Shown here piece after piece: positions 18,381 through 25,751 of a stretch of DNA of 41,169 nucleotides. A program made the position numbers and the translations under genes. How positions within the stretch are numbered: position 1 is the stretch's first letter; each line of letters begins with the position of its first letter. This stretch comes from Nocardioides sp. (GTDB taxonomy: Bacteria; Actinomycetota; Actinomycetes; Propionibacteriales; Nocardioidaceae). Under the pieces are notes generated by a model that was not told the DNA's origin, ran no database searches, and saw nothing but the letters and a program-made list of their open reading frames with translations. The DNA lies in NCBI GenBank assembly GCA_025966445.1, contig JAICRP010000001.1, positions 1 through 41,169 on the forward strand. The letters run 5' to 3'.

Positions 18381-18703
18381 CTACCTGCCGACCTCGGCCA
18401 GCATCTGGCCGGTGCCGGCATCGAAGAGGTTGGCTCGGTCGAGGTCCCCGGCGACCGCCAGTGGCTCCCCCGGAGCTCCCGTAGCCGCAGGACGCGCGTT
18501 CATCTCGAGCACCTAGGCACCTGCCTTGACGTCGACCAGGGTGCGGACGCCAACGGCTCGACCGCATGGAGCTCACCGAACAGGGAGGCGTCGCCCCGAC
18601 GCTCGACCGACAGGCCCCCGAGACGCAGGCCGGGACGAAGGTGCTCAACGGCTGCGGTGGATGCGCGTGAGCTCGGTTCGCGCAGGACGCCGAGCGTGGT
18701 CAT
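18381..18703 (-). pseudogene. Remnant of a sugar ABC ATPase (MalK/MsiK-like) C-terminal OB/TOBE region
   Basis: Reconstructs as ...LFGELHAVEPL/VRTLVDVKAGA*VLEMNARPAATGAPGEPLAVAGDLDRANLFDAGTGQML, with a frameshift near 18550 and an in-frame TAG at 18513-18515; no Walker motifs. Confidence 0.7.
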
Positions 18704-18785
18704 GGCGGCTCCGGAAGCTCGACGGTAGGGGGGAGACGGCCGCCCGGCTCAGGAACTCGAGACCGGATGTGCCGACCAATTCCTA

Positions 18786-18834
18786 TACGATCTGGTCGGA
18801 TGGACATCGTCTGGCAGAGCGCGACAGATGTCAA
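18786..18834 (-). promoter_or_regulatory. Promoter TTGACA-17-GACGAT with palindromic operator at 18786-18800
   Basis: Plus-strand TGTCAA 18829-18834, ATCGTC 18806-18811, TACGATC-T-GGTCGGA 18786-18800. Confidence 0.7.
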
Positions 18835-19320
18835 CAGGGGGCGCTGACCGCGAAGAAAAACCGCGCCCTCACGCTGCCGCCCGTGGTGGCCGTTCGAGCA
18901 GGCGGTGCGACGGCGAGGGCGGCCGCTGGGCTCGATGGGTGACGTCGACGCAGTCATCAGACAAGATCAAATCGGATCTAGTTCATTCACTGGGGGAGCT
19001 TCGCATCGTACGAGAACCCCGGGTAGGTCAACTGCTGGTCACTCCTGCATCAACTCGAGATCGGATGTTTCTGCTGGTGAGAGACCACGTCTGCCCGGGC
19101 GTTCATGAAGATCGACGGCCGGGTGGTGTGGTATCAAGCGCACCGGAACTGCCCGAGCAGCAGCCGGGAGACAACGGGTGATGCCTGACCCGCGCCGACC
19201 GACTGACCACGACGGACTTCGCCGCGGGGGTACGCCGGAGGTACGCGGAGCGCGCGCGGTTGACATAACCGGAGCGGCGCGGAGACCCGTACAAAGTCCC
19301 AGGTCAGCGCGATGTGCAGG

Positions 19321-19396
<76 letters not shown>

Positions 19397-19486
19397 AGAT
19401 GTGTTGCTTCTACGCCGTCAGGATGACCCCTCAGACGCGAAACGGAAGGCTAGCACCGGGCCCGAGGGGGTACCGAATCAGGCCGG

Positions 19487-19960
19487 TCACACCAGGGAGC
19501 GCTCGAGCTGCTCGAGCGCCTGGCGTGCGTACCCTCGCCACATCCGCGCGAAGATCGGCAGTGCGGCGGCGCCGAAGCGGCCCTGGGGGTGCAGCACCCA
19601 GGACCAGGTGACGCGGGTCCCGGTGCCGGCCTTCTCGAAGGCGTACAGGCCCTCGATGCGCTCCACGAGCGGTGACAGGGCGCCGCGCAGGTCGGTGATG
19701 TCGTAGCCGAAGGCCACGGGCCGGTCGCACCTGGTCAGGGTCTCGGTCATGGTGCCGCCGTCGGCGAGGTGGATGGTGCGGCTCTGCCCGACCGTGCCCC
19801 ACGGTCCGGCATCGTGCTGCTCGACGCGGGTGACGCCCGGGACGGCGAGGTAGCGACGGGAGAACATCTCCGTCAGCGGCAGCTCGATGGTGTGGAGGTA
19901 CGTCTCGTCGAGCGGCGCCGGCACGGCGCGGGAGCTGGAGACGGTGGTGGGTCCGGCCAT
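19487..19960 (-). CDS. SRPBCC (polyketide cyclase/dehydrase-like) family protein
   Basis: WGTVGQSRTIHL, FGYDIT, GTRVTWSW and C-terminal helix typical of the fold; TAGGGT -10 six nt before ATG. Confidence 0.8.
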   Translation of the reverse strand: MAGPTTVSSSRAVPAPLDETYLHTIELPLTEMFSRRYLAVPGVTRVEQHDAGPWGTVGQSRTIHLADGGTMTETLTRCDRPVAFGYDITDLRGALSPLVERIEGLYAFEKAGTGTRVTWSWVLHPQGRFGAAALPIFARMWRGYARQALEQLERSLV

Positions 19961-19994
19961 CCGCCGACCCTAGGCGATCCCAGTCAATGACCCG

Positions 19995-20789
19995 TCAGGA
20001 ACCGACCGCGCGGTCGCGGGCCGCCCGGGCCTCGTCAGCCTGCTTCTTGTCGCGGGCGGTCTGCTCGGCGCCGCGGGCGAGCTTGCTGTCGGCCTGGGTG
20101 TGGCCAGACGTCCACACGCCGGTGGCGTCGAGGTCGATGGTGCGGACGGTGCGCTGGGCGGCGGCCTTGCCGACGTACGTCGGCAGCGTCACCGGCACCG
20201 GGTCCCACAGGTCGGGGTCGGCCTCGACGGCAGTGAGGGTGTCGGTGTCGGCCTCGTCGTCGAGGGCCACGGCCGGCCGTTCGGCGGTCTCCTCGATCAG
20301 CGCCTCGACGACCTGCTCGACGACGGACGGACGCCACGTGCGCTCGCGACGGACCATCAGCCGACAGGCGACCAGCCACGCGACGAGGACGGCGGCCGGA
20401 GCCGCGACCCACCACACGTTGATGACGCGGGCGCTGGCCAGGGCGATCACCGCGAGGTTGGCGAGCACCAACAGGAGCAGGACACGGCGACGACGACGGG
20501 CGGCGCGGTTGGTGGCCTGGCGGCGGGCCGAGAGCTGCGCGGCGGTCGTCATGACCTCCTCGCCCTGGGTCACCGACTCGACCTGCACCGCGGGGCGGCC
20601 GGGCGTCACGACCAGGCGGGCGTTGCGTCGGTCGACCGGCTCGCGCCGGGCCAGCACGCGCATCCGGTCGGAGAACCGGTCGACCGACCGGCTGCGCACG
20701 ACCTCCTCGTGGTGCTTGAGCGCCTTGGGGATCAGGTAGGCGGCCCAGGCGAGCGCCAGGGCGACGAAGATCAGTCCGCTCAAGTCCAC
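19995..20789 (-). CDS. sepX: Divisome protein SepX/GlpR-like membrane protein
   Basis: N-terminal TM ending WAAYLIP, RRRRVL plus TM pair, WDPVPVTLPTYV motif; conserved position between rimJ and tRNA-Ala. Confidence 0.8.
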   Translation of the reverse strand: MDLSGLIFVALALAWAAYLIPKALKHHEEVVRSRSVDRFSDRMRVLARREPVDRRNARLVVTPGRPAVQVESVTQGEEVMTTAAQLSARRQATNRAARRRRRVLLLLVLANLAVIALASARVINVWWVAAPAAVLVAWLVACRLMVRRERTWRPSVVEQVVEALIEETAERPAVALDDEADTDTLTAVEADPDLWDPVPVTLPTYVGKAAAQRTVRTIDLDATGVWTSGHTQADSKLARGAEQTARDKKQADEARAARDRAVGS

Positions 20790-20862
20790 GAGTGCGAGCC
20801 TAGGTTTGCTAGCGCACGGTGGGGCGGATGTCCATAGGTGTGTCGCCAGGGAACTCGTGTGA

Positions 20863-21462
20863 CTACTGGGGTTCGAGCAGCCGACGGAGAAGGCCGCCAG
20901 GGCACTCCTCGGTCGTGACGGCGTACAACCGGTGGTCGCGCCAGTGGCCGTCGATGTGGAGGAAGCGCGGCGCATAGCCGTACTCCGCCAGGCCGAGCTT
21001 CTCGACCACGCGCAACGAGTTGGAGTTCTCCGGGCGGATCGCGATCTCGATGCGGTGGAGACCCGCGGTGGTGAAGCAGTGGTCGATCACCAGCGCCACC
21101 GCCACCGGCATCACGCCGCGGCCGGCGAACCCGCGGTCGAGCCAGTAACCGACGGAGGCGAACTGGGCCGAGCCGCGCACGATGTTGTTGACCGTGATCT
21201 GGCCGGCGAACCTGTCGTTGACGTCGATGGCGAACGGCATGCACGTCCCCGCCCGCGCCGTCCGGTCGAGGCGCCGGACCAGCGCCCGGAACGTCGCCGG
21301 CCGGTCGCCACCACCGGGCGGGACGGTGGCGTCCCACGGCTTCAGCCAGTCGGCGTTGGCCCGCCGCGCGGTCCGCCAGGCGTTCGCGTCGCCGTACTTG
21401 AGCGGGCGGACCGTGACCTCACCGTGGCGCAGGGTGGCCGGCCACCCCGGCGCGGTGCTCAA
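20863..21462 (-). CDS. rimJ: GNAT N-acetyltransferase, RimJ/RimL family
   Basis: WLKPWDAT, SVGYWL, GLHRIEIAIRPENSNSLRVVEKLG, IDGHWRDH. Confidence 0.88.
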   Translation of the reverse strand: MSTAPGWPATLRHGEVTVRPLKYGDANAWRTARRANADWLKPWDATVPPGGGDRPATFRALVRRLDRTARAGTCMPFAIDVNDRFAGQITVNNIVRGSAQFASVGYWLDRGFAGRGVMPVAVALVIDHCFTTAGLHRIEIAIRPENSNSLRVVEKLGLAEYGYAPRFLHIDGHWRDHRLYAVTTEECPGGLLRRLLEPQ

Positions 21463-21950
21463 TGATCGCTCCCGACGATCTGCTCGACGGCGTGCTCGAG
21501 GATCGGCGCGAGCACCTCGAGGCCGTCCTTCACGCCGCCCTTCGAACCCGGGAGGTTGACGACCAGACAGCTGCCGATCACGCCTGCGGTGCCTCGCGAG
21601 AGGGCGGCGGCCGGGATGCCCTTCGCCGCGCCGTACGCCCTGATGGCCTCGCCGATGCCCGGCACCTCGAAGTCCAGCAGCGCCCGGGTCTGCTCGGGCG
21701 TCCGGTCGGTGGGCGTCAGACCCGTACCGCCCGTGGTCAGCACCACCCGCGCGCCGTCCGCGACCGCCGCCGAGATGGCCGCTCCGACCGGAGCCCCGTC
21801 GGGTACGCCGACCGGGGCGCCGACCGCGAACTCCAACGACCGCAGGAACTCGACCAGCAGCGGGCCGGTCAGGTCGTCGTAGACCCCCGCCGCTGCGCGG
21901 TTGGACGCGACGACGACCGCGGCCGGGACGTGCACGACCTCCTCGGTCAC
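21459..21950 (-). CDS. moaB: MogA/MoaB molybdopterin adenylyltransferase family
   Basis: SNRAAAG, TTGGTGLTPTDRTPE, LSRGTAG, VNLPGS. Confidence 0.9.
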   Translation of the reverse strand: MTEEVVHVPAAVVVASNRAAAGVYDDLTGPLLVEFLRSLEFAVGAPVGVPDGAPVGAAISAAVADGARVVLTTGGTGLTPTDRTPEQTRALLDFEVPGIGEAIRAYGAAKGIPAAALSRGTAGVIGSCLVVNLPGSKGGVKDGLEVLAPILEHAVEQIVGSDH

Positions 21951-21957
21951 GGGACCA

Positions 21958-22446
21958 TCACCGGCTCCAGTCCCCCGACTTGCCGCCGGTCTTGGTCTCC
22001 ACCCTGACGTCGGTGATCACGGCCCCCTTGTCGACGGCCTTGACCATGTCGATGACGGTCAGCGCTGCGATGGAGACCGCGGTGAGCGCTTCCATCTCCA
22101 CGCCGGTGCGCTCGGTGGTCGACACCTGCGCGACGATGTCGACGGACTCGTCGCCGACCGCCAGGTCGACGGTGACCGACGACAGCATCAGCGGGTGGCA
22201 CAACGGGATCAGCAGCGGCGTCTGCTTGGCGCCCATGATCCCCGCCAGTCGGGCGACAGCGAGGGTGTCGCCCTTGGGCACGCCGTCCCCGCGCAGCAGG
22301 TCGATGACCTGCGGCGAGACCAGGACCCGCCCGGACGCGGTGGCCGAACGAGCCGTCACCGCCTTGCCGGAGACGTCGACCATCCTCGCCGCCCCTGACT
22401 CGTCGACGTGCGTGAGGCGGACCGGCTCGTCCGGCACGTCGGCCAT
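21958..22446 (-). CDS. moaC: Cyclic pyranopterin monophosphate synthase
   Basis: LTHVDESGAARMVDVSGK, LIPLCHPL, TGVEMEALTA, DMVKAVD, GGKSG. Confidence 0.96.
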   Translation of the reverse strand: MADVPDEPVRLTHVDESGAARMVDVSGKAVTARSATASGRVLVSPQVIDLLRGDGVPKGDTLAVARLAGIMGAKQTPLLIPLCHPLMLSSVTVDLAVGDESVDIVAQVSTTERTGVEMEALTAVSIAALTVIDMVKAVDKGAVITDVRVETKTGGKSGDWSR

Positions 22447-23687
22447 CAGAACTCCCGGTCCAGGGGGACGACGGTGACGGTCGCACCGGCGTCGAGGGAC
22501 GTGGTGTCGGTCGGCACCACGATCAGCGCGTTGGCCTGCGCCAGGTCGCCGACCAGGTGGGACCCGGGCCCGCCGACCGGCGAGACGGTGACGCGCTCGT
22601 CGGCGGAGTCGAGCTCGCCGCGGAGGTACTGCGCACGCCCGGGTGGCGAGGTCACGCCGTGGGTCAACGTGGCTTCGACGGTCGGGCGCGCGTACGGCAG
22701 CCGGCCCATCATCCGGCGCAGCGCCGGCAGCACGAACATCTCGAAGGAGATGAACGAGGAGACCGGGTTGCCCGGCAGCGTGAAGATCGGGATCTTGTCC
22801 TCGCCCACCACACCGAAACCCTGGGGCTTGCCCGGCTGCATGGCAACCCCGCCGAACCACACGGTGCCCGTCGGAGCAAGGGCCTCCTTGACCACGTCGT
22901 AGTCGCCCATCGACACGCCACCGGTCGTGATCACGGCGTCGGCGCGCACCAGCTGGTCGCCGAGCGCGTCCAGGAACGCCTGCGGCTCGTCCGGCACGAT
23001 GCCCACGCGGTAGGCGATCGCACCTGCGCGCCGGACCGCCGCGGCGAGCATGTAGGAGTTGCCGTCGTAGATGGAGTCGTGGCCGCGGACGGTGCCGGGA
23101 TCGCGGAGCTCCGAGCCCGTCGACATGATGACCACGCGCGGCCGGGGCCGGACGACGACCGACGCGCGGCCCACGCTGGCCAGCAGGCCCAGCTGGCGCG
23201 GGCCGAGCAGCGTGCCCTCCTCGATGAGCAGGTCACCCTCGGCGACGTCCTCGCCGGCCGACCGCACGTGCTGTCCTCGCTCGGGTGCCTTGGAGATCAC
23301 CACCTGCGCGACGCCCCGGTCGGTCCACTCGTACGGCACCACCGCGTCCGCGCCCCTCGGCACCGGAGCGCCGGTCATGATCTTCACGGCGGTGCCGGGC
23401 GACAGCGCGAGGATGCGGGCCTGCCCCGCCCCGATCTCCCCCACGACCGGCAGGTGCACCGGGCTCTCGTCGGTGGCGGTGGCCACGTCGTCGTGCACCA
23501 CGGCGTAGCCGTCCATCGCGGAGTTGTCGAAGCTCGGCAGCGCGATCGGCGCGAAGACGTCCTCGGCGGCGACGAGTCCGAGGGCGTCGAGCAGCGGCTG
23601 GTCGTACGGCGCCAGGGGACGCAGCGAGTCGAGGACCTGATCTTGGTGCTCGGCGACGGTGCGGAGCGTCGTTGGGGGGTCGGCCAT
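22446..23687 (-). CDS. moeA: Molybdopterin molybdenumtransferase
   Basis: PSFDNSAMDGYA, IMTGAPVP, STGSEL, TTGGVSMG, MQPGKP, LPGNPVS. Confidence 0.96.
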   Translation of the reverse strand: MADPPTTLRTVAEHQDQVLDSLRPLAPYDQPLLDALGLVAAEDVFAPIALPSFDNSAMDGYAVVHDDVATATDESPVHLPVVGEIGAGQARILALSPGTAVKIMTGAPVPRGADAVVPYEWTDRGVAQVVISKAPERGQHVRSAGEDVAEGDLLIEEGTLLGPRQLGLLASVGRASVVVRPRPRVVIMSTGSELRDPGTVRGHDSIYDGNSYMLAAAVRRAGAIAYRVGIVPDEPQAFLDALGDQLVRADAVITTGGVSMGDYDVVKEALAPTGTVWFGGVAMQPGKPQGFGVVGEDKIPIFTLPGNPVSSFISFEMFVLPALRRMMGRLPYARPTVEATLTHGVTSPPGRAQYLRGELDSADERVTVSPVGGPGSHLVGDLAQANALIVVPTDTTSLDAGATVTVVPLDREF

Positions 23688-25060
23688 CAGCCGTCGAGCA
23701 CCGTGTCGGCCGCGATGCGCTGCGCCGAGTCGGACTCGAGCTCCACGTCGCCGACGACCTGCACACCCTTGCCGAACGTGAAGTCGCCCTCGACCTTGAG
23801 CGAGTGCGCCTGGCGCAGCGACGGCGCCCCCTGCGGGAAGCGCTGGTCGAAGTCGCCGACGAGCCTGTAGAAGTCGGGGTCCAGCTCGACGTACGGCACG
23901 TCGGAGGCCTGGTCGAGACCGAAGTCCTGACCGAGGTCGTAGACGTCGGAGCGCAGCACCAGCAGGTCGTTGGTGGTCTTGACGGGGATGAACCGGTCGC
24001 GACCCACCTCGATGGTGCGCGAGTCCTCGAACACCTCGATCGCGGCGCCCATCGCCGTCTCGATCTGCACGACCTTCGGGGTGGACGGGTCGGCCGGGTC
24101 GAGGTTCTTCACGTTGCGGATGAGCGGCAGGCCGAGGATGCCACCGCGGCGATCCAGCTCCTCGCGCATGGCGACGAGGTCGAACCAGAGGTTGTTGGTC
24201 GAGCAGAACCGGTGACGGTCGAGGTCGGCGAGCGCGGCGAGGTCTCCGGGCAGCGTCTGCGCGGTCTCGCGGAGCACGATGCGGCCGTCGTTCTTGCGAC
24301 GCGCGAAGTGGCCGCCCTTGCGGTCGGACGGCGTGCGTCGTACGGCCTCGATCGCGAACGGCGTCCCGCACGACTTGAACCAGCCGGCCACCTTCACGTC
24401 GGGCACGGCGCCGAGGTTGTCGGAGTTGGAGACGAACACCCGCTCGTAGCCGGCCTCGATCAGCCGTTCCAGCAGGCCGGTGCCGCGCAGCGCGGTGTAC
24501 AGGTCGCCGTGGCCGGGCGGACACCACTCGAGGTCGGGGTCTCGGGGGTAGGAGACCGGGAGGAGGTCCTTCTCCAGGAGCTTGGGCTCCTTGTTCTGCC
24601 AGAACTCCAGCGGCAGCCCCTCGACGGGCAGGTCTTCGTAGCGGGCGACCGCGGCCATCGTGTCGGCCGAGGTGCGAAAGGAGTTCATGAAGATCAGCGG
24701 CAGCGGTGCGTCGTACTCCTGGCGGAGGTGCAGCACCTGGCGGACGATCACGTCGAGGAAGGACAGCCCACGCCGAACGCACAGCAGCGACTTGGCGCGG
24801 TCCATGCCCATCGACGTGCCGAGCCCGCCGTTGAGCTTGATCACGGCGGTCGTACGGATCGCGTCGGCGGCGAGCTTCTCGTCGACCTCGAGGTCGGCCA
24901 GGGACTCCATGTCGAGCGGCTCGATGGCCGACTCGGGGATCATGCCGGTCTCGCCGTGCTCGAGCAGCCGGTAGTAGTGCGCGAAGGTCTCGACGGCAAC
25001 CTCGTCCACGCCCGCGTCCACCATCTTCTGGCGAGCCTGGTTCAAACCTGGACTACCCAT
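23687..25060 (-). CDS. ugpA: UTP--glucose-1-phosphate uridylyltransferase, eukaryote-type (UDPGP family)
   Basis: KLNGGLGTSMG..AKS, MNSFRT, WCPPGHGD, SNSDNLGA, KGG, ETAMGAAI, RFIPVKTTNDLL. Confidence 0.92.
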   Translation of the reverse strand: MGSPGLNQARQKMVDAGVDEVAVETFAHYYRLLEHGETGMIPESAIEPLDMESLADLEVDEKLAADAIRTTAVIKLNGGLGTSMGMDRAKSLLCVRRGLSFLDVIVRQVLHLRQEYDAPLPLIFMNSFRTSADTMAAVARYEDLPVEGLPLEFWQNKEPKLLEKDLLPVSYPRDPDLEWCPPGHGDLYTALRGTGLLERLIEAGYERVFVSNSDNLGAVPDVKVAGWFKSCGTPFAIEAVRRTPSDRKGGHFARRKNDGRIVLRETAQTLPGDLAALADLDRHRFCSTNNLWFDLVAMREELDRRGGILGLPLIRNVKNLDPADPSTPKVVQIETAMGAAIEVFEDSRTIEVGRDRFIPVKTTNDLLVLRSDVYDLGQDFGLDQASDVPYVELDPDFYRLVGDFDQRFPQGAPSLRQAHSLKVEGDFTFGKGVQVVGDVELESDSAQRIAADTVLDG

Positions 25061-25082
25061 GCTTCGATCGTAGGCTTGCCGG

Positions 25083-25724
25083 GTGGTCGAGCGGCAATCA
25101 CCTCCCTCTCCGGACGTCCCGGGCGCCAATGACGGGTCGGGGCCTACGGCGAACGCGGCCAAGGTCGCGCTCCGCGACCAGCTCCTGACCGCCCGCCACC
25201 GGCGCGGTCTGCTCGAGGTCGGCGCGGCCGGCCGGGCCATCGCGGAGCACATCCTGGCGACGCCGGAGGTACGTCGGGCGGCCACCGTGGCGGCGTACGT
25301 CTCGATCGGTGCCGAACCCGGCACCTCCGCACTGCTGGACGGTCTCGTCGCGCTGGGCAAGCGCGTGGTGCTGCCCGTCGTGCTGCCGGGACTCGACCTC
25401 GACTGGGCGGTGTACCACGGGCCGACTGCCCTCGCGCCCGCCCGCCGCGGCCTCCTCGAACCCGTCGGCCCGCGACTCGGGAAGGAGGCGGTCGCGACCG
25501 CCGACGTGGTGCTGGTGCCCGGCCTCGCGGTCTCGCCGACCGGCCTGCGGATGGGCCAGGGCGGCGGCTGCTACGACCGCGCCCTCGCCCGCGTCCCCGT
25601 CGGCACCCCCGTCTGGGTGCTGCTGTACGAGGACGAGGTCGGCCTCGCGGTCCCCGCCGAGCCCCACGACCGTTCCGTCACCGGAGTGGTGTCTCCGAGC
25701 GGCCTCGTGCGCATCTCGGGGTAG
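25083..25724 (+). CDS. 5-formyltetrahydrofolate cyclo-ligase (exact start uncertain)
   Basis: KVALRDQLLTAR, VPGLA..GLRMGQGGGCYDRAL, PAEPHDR. Confidence 0.93.
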   Translation: MVERQSPPSPDVPGANDGSGPTANAAKVALRDQLLTARHRRGLLEVGAAGRAIAEHILATPEVRRAATVAAYVSIGAEPGTSALLDGLVALGKRVVLPVVLPGLDLDWAVYHGPTALAPARRGLLEPVGPRLGKEAVATADVVLVPGLAVSPTGLRMGQGGGCYDRALARVPVGTPVWVLLYEDEVGLAVPAEPHDRSVTGVVSPSGLVRISG

Positions 25725-25751
25725 TCCCCCGGAGACGCACGGGACTACCCC
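25718..25751. terminator. Probable bidirectional terminator hairpin between convergent genes
   Basis: GGGGTAGTCCC (25718-25728) and GGGACTACCCC (25741-25751): perfect 11-bp stem, 12-nt loop, covering both stop codons. Confidence 0.65.

Noticed and set aside
19059-19065. GATCGGA as a sixth operator copy
   Set aside because: Half-site only; the left arm does not match and no promoter is in register.
21958-25360. Apparent long N-terminal extensions of moaC, moeA and the UGPase in the ORF track
   Set aside because: Extensions overlap upstream genes in other frames; starts at 22446 and 23687 abut the upstream stops and 25060 follows a -10 hexamer.
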